Assembly: GCA_026025075.1 (NCBI GenBank)
Contig: JAPEUI010000005.1
Location: 62,001 to 126,000 of the forward strand
DNA: 64,000 bases
Direction of reading: 5' to 3'
Origin: Vezdaea acicularis
Lineage: Eukaryota
Shown: positions 14,344 to 26,894 of the stretch, piece after piece
Position numbering within the stretch: position 1 is the first letter of the stretch
Layout of the letters: each line of letters begins with the position of its first letter
Translations under genes and position numbers: made by a program
The notes under the pieces: model-generated
The model's input: the letters and a program-made list of their open reading frames with translations, nothing else
The model's database searches: none
What the model was told of the DNA's origin: nothing

Positions 14344-15723
14344 ATGGCTGTACCACGGTCAATGAAGGCTCTGGGGATTCTTTCGGGGTTCTTGTTCATC
14401 AGCCTGGTCCTGCGAATCTTCAATTCGCCAGTACAGCCTAAAGGACCAGGAGAAAAATTAGAGGAGATGACGAGGGACCCTAATCTAGATCGTATGTCCC
14501 TTTCATGCCCCTAGCGGCATCTCCGTGGCTTTCATTCAATAGTAATCAAATCTAGTCACCGGAGAGCCGCCAGAACCATTGTGGCGCGCAGACAACTACG
14601 CTGCTTACAATGAGAATTCGCCGCGCATAAACGCAACTCTTCTATCGCTAGTGAGGAATGAGGAACTTTTTGGGATGATACAATCAATGCAAGACTTAGA
14701 GAGGACTTTCAATAGAAAGTTCAACTATCCGTGGATGTTCTTCAACGATGTCGAATTCTCAGAGGAGTTCAAGAGGAGGACGGCTGCCGAGACGAAAGCT
14801 AAGATATCCTACCGTAAGGGGGCACTTATTCTAGCCCAGTTATATGGGTCTCCACACGATAGTTTACGGTTGCTAACGCAAAGTCACTGCAGATGTGATA
14901 CCTAAAGAGCACTGGGAAAAGCCAAGCTGGATTGACGAAGAGCTGTTCCAAGAGTCCGCCAAAATCCTCAAAGAGAATGACGTCCAATATTCCAACATGC
15001 TCTCCTACCACAGCATGTGCCGGTGGAATAGCGGCTTCTTCTACAAGCATCCCGCCCTGGCCGATGTGCGATACTACTGGCGCGTGGAGCCCAAAGTCCG
15101 CTTCTTCTGTGACATCGACTACGACGTCTTCCGCTATATGCAAGATCACAACAAGACGTATGGCTTCACGATCAACCTCTACGACTCACCGCAGAGCATT
15201 CCCACACTGTGGCCTGAGACCGAGAAATTCATGGCGCAGCACCCGGAGTATATCAAGGACCAGAATGCGCTCGATTGGCTCAAGGATAGTAAAAGAAGGC
15301 CGGAACATAATATCAAGGCGAACGGATACTCGACTTGCCATTTCTGGTCGAATTTCGAGATCGCGGATATGAACTTTTGGAGGAGCCAGGCTTATGAGGA
15401 TTACTTCAACCATTTGGATCGCGCGGGAGGCTTCTTTTATGAGAGATGGGGGGATGCACCAGTGCATAGTATCGCGCTTGGGCTGTTCGAAGAGGCGAGC
15501 AAAATCCATTGGTATCTTGGACCTTTCTTCCCCCCTCAACTCACTCTGCTAACGGTATCATTTCAGGTTCCGCGATATCGGTTATCAGCATATTCCGTAC
15601 TTCAACTGTCCGAACTCACCGAAGTGCAGAGGCTGCGTCACGGGGCGGTTCACTGATGGGGAGGCATTCCTCCTCAAGGAAGATTGCCGTCCCAATTGGT
15701 TTAAGTATGTTGGGCTAGGTTGA
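14344..15723 (+). CDS. Alpha-1,2-mannosyltransferase, GT15 (Kre2/Ktr family; Ktr4-like)
   Basis: Type II TM anchor at the N-terminus. NATLLSLVRN, FNRKFNYPW, YYWRVEP, FCDIDYD, CHFWSNFEI, GGFFYERWGDAPVHSIA. Three introns. Confidence 0.95.
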
Positions 15724-16091
15724 TTAGTTTTGTTGTATATTACTGTTCTTGGTAGTGCGACATATGCCGAAGGTTGGTGGGGCGCAGCATAGGGTACGGC
15801 GTAGGGGATTCGTGAGCTTTTGAAAATTTCACTGTACGCACGGGTCCAATCCTTTCCAAGTAGGCACTGAGGAGCGCGTAGGGGTGATTTCATGGGTACT
15901 TGCTCTGTTCTCAGAAGATCGGAAGGCCTGGAACCATGGAAGGTTGCGGCCTATAGTTTGGATTTCGGGAATACATCGCGCAGTCGGTGTTTGGTTGCAC
16001 ACAAAAACTAGCTTTCCAGTTGAGAAACCGTAAATAGATACACAGGCGCCTCCGGCATGCTACTTAATCTTGCATCGATTCAAGATCTCAT

Positions 16092-16878
16092 TTACGGCAG
16101 TTCCGGATACAGGTCCTCCTTCAAGTTCACACCTAATGACTCCCGCATTTCCTTCAATTCGGCCAGATATTGATCGTACTGTCCCCGGTTTTCGACCTTT
16201 GCCTTGATACCTAGAATTGAGAAGATTATGTTAGTTCCATCCGTCAAAGAAGAGATGTCATGTATTATAGTTCTAAGCGCACCTTCGAAAATCCGTACTG
16301 CCGTTGGGTAGTCATTTACCCTCCTTGCAGCCTTAAGAGCTGCTGTGACCACAGATGTTGAAGGGACGAGATCGTAGGCAAACGCGTTATTGAGGTTTCG
16401 CTGGAGACATCGGGATTAGCTGCTTGTTCTGCTTATCGACGAGGGCTGATTGGGTAGACATACCTGCAGCTCGAATACGTCTTGAACAGCATCAAATTCC
16501 TTCTCGTATCTGTTATGTTCCATGTTCAGATTAGCCATTGAGCCCTGTGGTGGAAGATCTTATGCTTGGTGCATTGGCCTCGATAGGAAATCGACGGTCG
16601 ATATCAACAGCGTCAAGCTCGGAACTGCCATTGTCGGGAATAGCGGCGCCTTCATACCTCGCACTGAACTCCTCGAAGCTCTCCTCATGTTCATCCATCT
16701 TTGTGCCTACCGATGACCGGCTTACACTCGTGCTGAAATTATGACATCCCCCAAAGGTCGCAGGTACACTTATTCCCGAGCTCGACGCGAGAGGAAAACG
16801 TCGTAAAGTACACGAGGGTCGGAAAATTGTGGAGGGATAGGTGCGCGAGGCGAGGCGGAGAAGAGAGGCGGAAGACAT
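16092..16878 (-). CDS. COX6: Cytochrome c oxidase subunit VI (yeast Cox6 / mammalian Va)
   Basis: Mitochondrial presequence MSSASLLRLASR. Spliced EESFEEFSARYEKEFDAVQDVFELQRNLNNAFAYDLVPS...AALKAARRVNDYPTAVRIFEGIKAKVEN..QY. Three introns. Confidence 0.95.
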
Positions 16879-17734
16879 TAGGAAATACCAGGCAGCCTCG
16901 AGTAGAGGGAGTTGCAGGCAGATGTGAGAAGGTGAACCTGCTTTTGAAGCTTGAAGTCGAGGTATTTCCGAGTGCTGGCTCAATCCAGGGAACTAGGGGA
17001 AACACAATTCGTGGGCAGCGCGTACATCTGAGAACATGATCCGAATTTCCGACAACGGCGAACTACGACGACCTCTCACGCACGTTTTCCCCTTGGACCG
17101 AATTTGGGCATGCGACATTTGAAGTGCATCCCGGTAGACCAAAAAAAAAAAAGTTGGGCTCTGAGTATCAACTTGATCCCCGCATGGTGGCAGACTTTGT
17201 ATGCGCACTCGTCTAGTCCATCCTCTGCCATCCTGTTGATGCGGTCATAGTTACCTCCAGAAGTTGCAGCTCAATTGCAGCAGTAAGCCTGTCTATCGCA
17301 AACCTCAGCCGTTCTATACGTCGCGGAGCTGTTCACATGCTCGCCAACTTTCAGTAATTTCGGTAGTGCCGGTCCGGCTTTTCCAAACCCCGACGAGGCC
17401 CCTTTTCGTCGAGAAGTCCAGGTCCATCTTGGGAATACAGTCAAGTGTCGATCGCGCCTGAGCTAGGTCGAATGAAATAGGTCGTCATCGTCACTTCCTA
17501 TTGCTTTTCGGACTTCAATCGAGCTGTCGACAGTCGTATTCTACTTCACGTCGCTCCTTCTACACCCTGTTCCTGACCCGTACCGGCTTCACGTCAACTC
17601 CGGCGCGGTCGCGATCGCCCTTCTGGTCCCCAGTTCAGCTTTGACGCAGAAGCTTGAGTCCGGCTTTGGACCACGGATTACGCTACCCGTCCATCTCTAT
17701 CCACGGTTTTGTCAATAGCTAGGCTACGTTCCCC

Positions 17735-18939
17735 ATGTCCGAAATGTCGGCAGACTTATTGAACAAGGTGCCGGTTCCAACGTTGGACCGGCCGTTCGGC
17801 GTTGAATTATGGCCTCTCTTTGACAAGACTTGGTCGTCTGTAATGGGGTATCCTCCCACAGAGTTCAGGTTTGTGCAAGGGGAAACCCCAATGTCAACCT
17901 TCTCGGCAACAGCTTTCACTATCGTCTCATACTACGTGGTCATCTTCGGTGGGAGGGAGCTCATGCGGAACAGGCCCGCGATGAAGCTGAACGGCCTCTT
18001 CATGATACACAATTTCTACTTGACGGCGTTTAGCTTTATCCTTCTAGTGCTCTTCATTGAGCAACTACTACCGACCGTAGTGAGGCGTGGGGTCTTCTTT
18101 GCGATCTGTGATCATGACGGTGGCTGGACCAAACCATTGGTCACGCTGTACTATGTGAGTCTATTCGTAGCTTCCTTATGCCTCAGCTGCTGACCTTCAA
18201 CTAGCTCAACTACCTCATCAAATACGTCGAGCTGATTGACACTGTCTTCCTCGTCCTCAAGAAGAAGCCACTCAGTGAGTTTCAGCGGCGTTAGGCGATG
18301 ATGCATTTACTTATTTGCAAATAGCTTTTCTACACTGCTACCATCATGGCGCCACGGCACTTCTTTGCTACACCCAACTCATCGGGCTGACTTCGGTGTC
18401 CTGGGTCCCCATCAGTCTTAACCTTTTGGTGCACGTCGTGATGTACTGGTACTACTTCCAAAGCGCACGTGGAATTCGAATCTGGTGGAAGGAATGGATT
18501 ACTCGTCTCCAAATCGCGCAGTTTGTCATTGACCTTGGTAAAGTGTCCTGGCGGGATAAACATGGAAGACTTCCAGGCTAACATAGATACGCTAGGGTTT
18601 GTCTACTTTGCTTCTTATACATATTTCACCTCGACATATTTCCAGTGGATGCCTAATGCGGGAAGATGCGCTGGGGAAGAATTTGCCGCTTTCGCCGGCA
18701 TGGGCATTCTCAGCTCTTACCTACTCCTGTTCATCTCGTTCTACTTTGCGACTTACAAGAAGAGCGGAAAGGCCGACAAGGGGATTGCCAAGCGGGCTGC
18801 GAAGGACCTCAAGAACAAGGAGGTTCCTACATTGGAAGATACCAAGCACAGTGTACAAAACGGATCCGCCAAGACCAATGGATCAGCGTCGACCACCGGA
18901 CGAACCCCAAGAACGACGAGGAGCCGGAAGGCTGAGTGA
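17735..18939 (+). CDS. ELO2: Very-long-chain fatty acid elongase (GNS1/SUR4 family, Elo2/Fen1-like)
   Basis: [26 protein letters not shown], HxxHH motif [42 protein letters not shown]. Three introns. The specific ortholog (Elo1/2/3) is not certain. Confidence 0.93.
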
Positions 18940-21081
18940 TGGCGAGGACGCCGTTGTCACGAACTCAAAGAAGTAAGCACAGTTCCACATGGACCAGCCG
19001 CAAAAACCCCTTTGTCACATTCTGCATTCTCAGAGAGCGAAAGAACTCTCAAACTGTTCGTAGGGAAAGGCATTGATACTGTTCTCTGTACATCGTTGAA
19101 AGAGGCGGAGAAGCGAATGGTCATGGCAAGCGCCACTCGCATGATCTCTCTGTCCAATATAAGTTTTTAAAAGACGCGTCGTTTCTTGTTTCTCCTTAAT
19201 CCTCTGCATCGAGTTGTCTCTGCTGGTCAGCTGCAGGCGAGGTTGCATCATCGGGACGGGCATGACAAAACAGCATAGCTGGAGGGGCTTGTTCTTCAGG
19301 AAGGGGGTGGGTCGGAAGTAGAATAATACATGAGTGCTCTCTACCACCTGTCTCTTACCGCGTGAGCATGCGAGGTGCGCGGTGACTAAGCTTCAGACGG
19401 GTCTGGAGCTTTCCTCCGGGCCGGGTCCTACCCACGCACGTCACGCTTTGACAACGCGGGGTTCCGTTTCGCTCTCTTGATCGTATCTGAGCGTTGATCG
19501 TCGCCGGCGATCGCTATCAGGCTGACGGCAGAAAGTGGTCATGTTCTCTTGGGAATGAGAGAATGACCCTGCGAACTGTGGGATTTAGCCGCGCGCTGCA
19601 GGACCCTAGAAAGAGTGTCGACGCGCGACAAACTTTCGCCTCCACGTTGACCGTTTTCTCTGCCTCCTGCGCGGATGCTTCTGCTGATCAGCCGAGATAC
19701 CACAATCGTGCTCGTGAGCATTGATAGATGCTTTCCAACAGTCAAATAGCTCCAACCATCGGCATGACACTCGATCAAGCAGAAGAGTCCTAGGAAGCAT
19801 AATTTGGATGTTCTTCACAGATTCTGCCGATGGTGGCGGAAGAGCAGCGCCTCGTCCACTTCCGGGGTTTCTGACGAGCGGCACAGAGGGCACTATGCCC
19901 CAACTGGCAGCATCCGCCTCGTGTTTTTTCTGCCTGTGCGGGAACGCCAACCCTATTGATCGATCAAACAAGTCTAGTCCCAGGGATCAGATCACGGCTA
20001 CTCGGAATAATCTCGTTACTCCATAGTCCCACAAGCTAAGAAAAAGAGAGGCTGGTGATAAGCAGCCTGGCAGAGTGCTATCATACAGCCGTCGACGTTG
20101 TACCCGGGTATCATCATGGAGAAAAGACCGTGGGCAGGCCGCAGAGCACTTGTTTCAGGATCTGTCGCGCGATGGCCACGAGGTCGCTTGAGGCGTTGCT
20201 GAAGACGTTCGCGATGCAGCCCGATCCTACCCTTAAAACACCAGCTTTGGGGCTTTTTGGTGCCGTGCGGCGGGCCTGCTCATCCTTCCTCCCAGCGACA
20301 TGATTTGCTGCTACAGATCAACGAGGTTGATCCTCACGCTGCCGCTGCGTCGGGAGGATAGACGCCATCGGACCTTTCCATTCTGTTCTGCTCCGTGCCT
20401 CGCGGAGATCTTCGTCTCTCTCTCGCTTTCCCAAGCATCAGGCTGGCGAGCGTTCGAGAGGTCTTTCTTTTAATTCGATGACGGAACAATGCGCTTACCA
20501 TTGCCGTGGCTTAGTGCGTTTCGTGCACATCGTGCCTCTCACCGGTCCGTCATTGCACGCTCTTTGCACTCTTGACTTTCTCTATATAGCCGGTATGAAA
20601 CCATGGTTGTGGTTGCAGTCGCCGGATAAAGGTTATCGATCAGCCATGCCTCGTGCTTTCTTCCCTCTGGCTTCCGAAGATCTCTTTCTTTAATAGTATC
20701 TGCCAGAACCGTTTCTTGTCCATGGTTCCTTGTCTGTTCTTCCTTGCTATTATCATTTGTTATCGCTGTCTATCTATCAACGTCAAGAGCTATCCGACTC
20801 TTGCTTGCCGCCGTCCCCGTCGAACTGACTTTGTCTGTGCGGTGAAACTTAATATACCTCTGCCACTTCTCTGGTCCCTCTCTTTCACACCCACTTGCAT
20901 GAAACGTCTTATCCTTCTTCGTCAATCTGGCGCTATACCGAAACGTCTTGGGAAAGCACGGGTCACATAGACAGCATTACTCTACGCTTCGGCCCACTTG
21001 CCCAATCTCTTTTCTATCGCACTCGCCGCCGCTCGGCTGTGAGCTTCTTTTCAACAACGTCGATATTGATTATTGGACTCA

Positions 21082-23007
21082 ATGCGAGACGTCCAAATGC
21101 CGCTCGAGGGTATTCCCATAATGGCGACTAAGCCTCAGCGGTCCTCAGCGTTTTATTCTTCAGCAAGCTCCGATTCAACAACGCCGACACCTTCAAGAAA
21201 TACTTCGCTGTATATCGCAACCGGCCCTGTGCAGAGAGAATCATTCCCAGATCTAGAAGAGGAGGGCGACGAATATTTCAAATCTACAGCTGCGGACGTG
21301 GCATTGAAAGCTTCGGAAGAAAAAGCTATGCATCCACTATACGATGCCCTCGCAGTCCATCCTCACTACAACCCCGCTTCAATACCCACGAAACCCTCTT
21401 TACATAGGACAGAGAAGAGTCCTTCATTACGAACAGCCCAAACCTCCCTCCAATCTGATCCTCTCAACATCTACCTCTCCTCCTCTGAATCAGCCTCCTC
21501 CCCTAGTGGGACCTCCGCAAGCTCAACCGGTTCCGTCACTCCCCCGCCAGCCATCTCAACCTCAACGACCAAGGGCAAAGGCCCGTCTCAGTCTCTCATC
21601 AGCAAATTCAACACTCCCTCCCCCATACTATCTCATGACAGCGAGACTCCCCCCTTCGGCGTCCCGCAACCCTCAATCGCCAAACCCATAAACATCGTCT
21701 ATGTCGGCAAACCGAACATGGTCTCTATTGTCTCGCCCTTTGAGTATCCCAGGAAATCACCTGGCGCCAGCGCCGGCCCCTCTCCGCGCCGAGAGCATCA
21801 CGCCCACTACCAACGAAAACAACCAACCCAGCACATCGTCAGCCCGGCCCCCCATCCATCCCGCACGGGAGCGCCGACATCTACTCCAAGCTTGACGCCT
21901 ATCGCCTCGCTGTCGGCGCCGAAGGCTTCAAGTCCGTTGCTGGCAACGCAGCATTTTGCAAGGAAGACGTCGGTCTCGCGTCAGGCGCCGGGAGGGTTGC
22001 TGCCTTTGCAGTCATTACAACCATCGCAGTCTCTACACTCCCTACAACCACCTCATTCAACCTCCATCCGCCCCACTCATTCCTCTAGACAACAAACCTA
22101 CCCAGAGCCGCAACCCCACACACCCTTCGATGCCCCCCGCACACGACACCAGCACCGCTCACAAACCCTCCACCACCACCACTCCTCCTCCTCCCTCCGC
22201 ACGAGCGTCTCCTCCACACAAACCACCACCTCCTCCGTCCCCAGCTCAACCGCAATCATGTACCCCACCAAACTCGCACCCATCTCCTCCCTCTGCAGCC
22301 CCTCACCCTCTTCCACCCCCCCAGCAGCGCACACCAGCACCGGCCTCGGCACCAGCTCGAAACCCAGCATCGCCGCAGCCTTCCTCGGCGCGCGAAAAAC
22401 CCCCCATCAAGCCCCCGCCCGCCGCTTCTCTTTTACGCTCAGTCCCCCCCTTAGTACGGCTCCCGCATCTGCATCCGCATTCGCTGGCGTCAACGCGGCT
22501 ACTCAACCCCTTCATTCCGCTTGGTCATCCAACACCACCTCCCCTAGCACCATGAGCGTTGCATCTGGTCGCAGCTGGGGCGTTCTCAGTTTCGGGACTG
22601 CCGCCGAGAACAAGGGCGGGAAGAAGACGAAACTCGTGCCTGCGAGGGGTAGTAGGGGTGCGGGCGTTAAAGTCAAGCTCGTGGATCACCAGTCGCAGAT
22701 AGCGGATGCGGATGGTAGGAGGAAAGAGGGGGAACGGTTGGGGAAAGATGAGAGAGCGAGGGGAAGTGTAGACGTCTTCCCGCCGCGCGGCGGCAGGTGT
22801 TGGGTTGATGGCGTGGAGGTTGGGAGGACCAGCTTATCGGGTAGGGAGCTCGTCGGGACGTCTATTAGTAGTGGCGATAGCGGTGAGCGCGAAAAGCGGG
22901 CGGGTGGCTGGATGGGAGAGAGGGAGGGAGTGGGGCTGGGCTTGAGGAGTAGAGCCGGGGTGGGGAGGAGGCTTAGTCTTAGTTTGTTTGGGGGGGATGA
23001 CCGGTAG
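21082..23007 (+). CDS. Hypothetical Ser/Pro/Thr/His-rich, probably disordered protein
   Basis: ~640-codon uninterrupted ORF with no recognisable globular domain and one compact motif, AKPINIVYVGKPNMVSIV. Confidence 0.65.
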   Translation: MRDVQMPLEGIPIMATKPQRSSAFYSSASSDSTTPTPSRNTSLYIATGPVQRESFPDLEEEGDEYFKSTAADVALKASEEKAMHPLYDALAVHPHYNPASIPTKPSLHRTEKSPSLRTAQTSLQSDPLNIYLSSSESASSPSGTSASSTGSVTPPPAISTSTTKGKGPSQSLISKFNTPSPILSHDSETPPFGVPQPSIAKPINIVYVGKPNMVSIVSPFEYPRKSPGASAGPSPRREHHAHYQRKQPTQHIVSPAPHPSRTGAPTSTPSLTPIASLSAPKASSPLLATQHFARKTSVSRQAPGGLLPLQSLQPSQSLHSLQPPHSTSIRPTHSSRQQTYPEPQPHTPFDAPRTRHQHRSQTLHHHHSSSSLRTSVSSTQTTTSSVPSSTAIMYPTKLAPISSLCSPSPSSTPPAAHTSTGLGTSSKPSIAAAFLGARKTPHQAPARRFSFTLSPPLSTAPASASAFAGVNAATQPLHSAWSSNTTSPSTMSVASGRSWGVLSFGTAAENKGGKKTKLVPARGSRGAGVKVKLVDHQSQIADADGRRKEGERLGKDERARGSVDVFPPRGGRCWVDGVEVGRTSLSGRELVGTSISSGDSGEREKRAGGWMGEREGVGLGLRSRAGVGRRLSLSLFGGDDR

Positions 23008-23515
23008 TGGTAGAACTATGGGAGGTGGGAGGCTCAATGCACACACGGCGTCTTGTCAAGGATAGGGTTGTTTGATGGGATCTCACAGATTAGCGTCTCG
23101 AGCATAATGATCGCGAAAAACTAGCGCAGCAGCAGCAGAAGCGTACGGAATCAATCTATCACATTTTAACGTATCCCAGAGCCCCATTAACTCGTGAGAG
23201 ATTGGTGCTGTGAACGCCACGATCATGAGTTAGGAGAGAGTTGGCCAGTGAAGAGAGAGGGAAGGAAAGGAAAGGAGGGAGCTTACTTTTGGTTCCGGGC
23301 CCGGTTTCCTCCGCAATGTCCATGCCTTAACTTGCCTTGTCTCGTGCTTGCTGCGGCGCAGATGAGTTCGCGCGGGGAAGATCGAGAGGAAGGGCCGTTG
23401 ACGGCGCGGAAAGAGGAGGGGAGATCTAAGGCGTTCCACTCCCTCCCCTCCCCGTCTCGCCCGCGGGCACTTGATGAGATCTCTTTCATGCCTCGCTACA
23501 TGCGTAATCCGTGCT

Positions 23516-24942
23516 CTAAGCCAGGAGATCTGCAACTACAGCCGCCATCCGTGTTAATAAACTCTGTTCGGATTTTTTTTATAAAGGAGAACGCCTACCA
23601 TTCATGGGCATCTCATCGATCTGGGTCGAATAATAGAGTTCGATATCCCTCAAAATCCTCACATCCTCCGTCGTAACAAAGTTGATCGCGACGCCCTTCC
23701 TGCCAAAGCGGCCACTGCGGCCAATACGATGGATATAGTTCTCACGATTGCTGGGCAGGTCATAATTAATGACCAAGCTGACCTGCTGGACATCGATACC
23801 TCTGGCCCAGACGTCGGTGCTGATCAAGACGCGCGAGTTGCCCTGCCGGAAGTCCTGCATGATGCTGTCGCGCTCCTTCTGCGGCATCTCGCCGTGCATG
23901 CTGCTGACGGTGAAGTTGGCCTCGCGCATCTTGTCTGTCAGCCAGTCGACCTTGCGGCGCGTGTTGCAGAAGATGACGGCTTGGGTGATGGTTAGGGTGT
24001 CGTAGAGGTCGCAGAGCGTGTCGAATTTCCACTCCTCCTTTTCGACGGCGATGAAGTACTGTTTGAGTCCCTCGAGCGTCAGCTCGTCACGCTTGACTAG
24101 GATGCGCACGGGGTCCGTCATGAACTTTGTCGTCATGTCTAGTACGTCGTAAGGTAGCGTGGCGCTGACGACGACGACTTGTGTCGCGGGGGGAAGGTAC
24201 CGGTATACGTCGTAGATCTGCTCGCGGAAACCTCTGTTCAGCAGCTCGTCTGCTTCGTCGAGCACCAGCATCTTGATGTGGCGTGTGCGCAGGTTGCGAC
24301 GGCGGATCATGTCCGCGACACGCCCTGGAGTACCAGATACCACGTGCTGCCCGTAGTCTAGCTTGCGGATATCTTCGCCGACGTTGGTGCCTCCAATGCA
24401 GGCGTGGCATTGGATGTTCATGTAGTCGCCGAGGGCCATGACGACGGATTGGATCTGGGTCGCTAGTTCGCGCGTGGGCGAGAGCACGAGTGCCTGCGTT
24501 TCGCGGACAGCCGTGTCGATTACTTGTAGGATGCTGATGGAGAAGGTAGCGGTTTTGCCCGTGCCCGATTGGGCTTGGGCGATTGTGTCGCGGCCTTTGC
24601 AGATTTGCACGATAGCGCGAGACTGGACAGCGGAAGGGGATTCGTAGCCATAGGCATAGATGCCACGAAGGAGATTCTCTTTCAGTTGCATGGCTTCGAC
24701 TGAGGGAGAGCGTTAGTTGTGAGAACACAAGGGGGAATGTGATTTGAGCGTACACGTCGGGGCACTGGGATATGAGAAGTTAGTCACACTTTACTTCATG
24801 GCATTAGACAATAAAGACGTACACTGTCACCTCCTTGGAGGTATTGAACTCCATCTTCTCTGTTATTGAATCAGCAAACCCGCACCTGAACTGTGAATCA
24901 AGGCTTCATACCCTCTGCCTTTCGGTCAATACCGTCCGCCAT
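23516..24942 (-). CDS. FAL1: ATP-dependent DEAD-box RNA helicase eIF4AIII/Fal1 (exon junction complex core)
   Basis: Q motif [54 protein letters not shown]. eIF4AIII-type features [20 protein letters not shown] and STDVWARG. Four introns; the last exon gives MNVADLLA*. Confidence 0.96.
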
Positions 24943-25275
24943 GGTTGCTACTTGCTGCAATATATGCGGTTGAAAGAATGGGCTCCGGAAATATTGAGAG
25001 TGTGAGGTCCAAAGCGGTTGTTGTGAGGTTCTAGCTCTCAAAAAGTGGTGCTGGTTGAAGCTGCCGCCAAAAGTTCAACTATAACTTAAGCGGTGGCGAT
25101 GTTGATTGGTCGGGACTAAATTTTGAGACCTTGAGCTTCAAGAGTGGTGTTCACACCAGCCGTACCAAATCACATCTACGAAACTGGGAACCACGAACAT
25201 TAACACGCAAAATAGCCTGATCGGTATATATTTGCGCGCATCACTGGCATTGTTCCTTCCCAAGGAGCTGGCAAC
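24943..25275. promoter_or_regulatory. Short bidirectional promoter region shared by FAL1 and PRP9
   Basis: 333 nt between divergent ATGs. CCAAT box (ATTGG at 25105-25109) and three GCGGT copies (24966, 25014, 25090). Confidence 0.6.
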
Positions 25276-26894
25276 ATGATTTTAGAGGAGCAGAGGTTTC
25301 TGCATGAAGACCTGGAGAGACTCGAACAGGGTATAGCTGATCGAGTTGCAGAAGATCCCAGAAATGTAAGACCGATACATACCCCTAGACCTCCTCCGAC
25401 GGCAATCGTCCCTAAGCTAATTCTCGAAGATTCAAGAGAGGCTATATCGCGACCATCAGATAGCTGGTTTTCTATCTCGGATACAGAACCAGTCTGAGCG
25501 CCTCCTCAGCATCTACACGGACGCAGAAGGGTCGCGGCAGCGTGAGATACAGGCAATATCTACAGGGGACCCCTTCGATGAGTTCTATAAACACATCGAT
25601 GAAATCAAGGACTTCCACCGCAGGTATCCTAATGAACCAGCCGAAAATCTCGAAAAGGCGTACAAGAAGAAGGCCCCAGGCGAGACCGACTTGATGGCTG
25701 CTGAGGTTGTGAATATGTTCACCGGGGAGGAAGCCTTTGGGAGATTCTTGGATCTGACGACTCTGCACGAGGAATATCTCAATCTTGTGGGGGTCAAGCG
25801 CTTGACTTATCTTCAATATCTAGACGCCTTTGACATATTTGTACCACCGCAATGTCCTATAAAGCGCGTGGACAAGGCGACAGACCAGTACTTTGGCTAT
25901 GTTGGGCGGCTTGCAAGCTATCTTGAAAGTTTTCTAAAGCGGACGCGACCACTGGAAGACCTAGAAAAGATTTTCCGCGATTTCGATACGGGCTTCGAGA
26001 AGGCATGGGCGTCTCAAGATCTACCAGGGTGGGCACCGGAAGTGAAAGTAGCTGGGCCTCAGACGAGCACCGAAGGCATTTGGTGTCCAGATTGCGAGAA
26101 GCTATTCACGAACGACAACGTATACAAGAATCATCTTACTGGGAAGAAACACCTGCGCAACGCTGAAGCTCGTGGGGGGCGAGAAGACTCGGGCACTAAT
26201 GGGCACGTGAATGGCGGGTCTCGCGGCAACAACACTGCCCTACGATTAAAGGAGCGAGCTATAGCAGAGCGAGAATTTCGAGTGCGAAAACTGTCGTATG
26301 TCCTTTCAGAAGTAAAGTCGAACACACGAGTCAACGTGGAGCGGAAACAAGGGATGACGGAACGAGAACGACAGATGGAGCTCGATGCTCTCTTTGCAGA
26401 GACTGCCGATGTCAACCTTGCAGGGCACGGAGAAGGGGAAGACTCGGATTCGGACGAGGACGAAAAGATCTACAATCCCCTCAAGCTTCCCCTCGCCTGG
26501 GATGGGAAGCCTATACCGTACTGGCTGTACAAATTACATGGACTTGGTGTCGAGTTTCCTTGCGAGATATGCGGGAACTTCGTATACATGGGTCGCCGGG
26601 CTTTCGACAAGCATTTCACAGAGGCTCGGCATATCTACGGCTTGAAATGCTTAGGTATAACGAACACCAGTCTCTTCAGGGAGATCACAGGGATAGAGGA
26701 TGCCCTGAAGCTCTGGGACAAGATTCAGCGCGACAAGAGAAAGGAGAGGGTACAAGGGGATAGCGTGGTGGAGATGGAAGATACGCGAGGAAATGTGATG
26801 CCCGAAAAGATATACCACGAGTAAGTCTGCGACTCTTCATCCTTCCTTTCCAAACTAATGTCAGCGCAGCCTTCAGAAGCAAGGTTTGTTATAA
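25276..26894 (+). CDS. PRP9: Splicing factor 3A subunit 3 (Prp9/Sap61/SF3a60)
   Basis: MILEEQRFLHEDLERLEQ, FTGEEAFGRFLDL, Zn finger CPDCEK...HLTGKKH, YNPLKLPLAWDGKPIPYWLYKLHGL, CEICGNFVYMGRRAFDKHF, and end DLQKQGLL. Introns 25366-25429 and 26821-26869. Confidence 0.97.
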
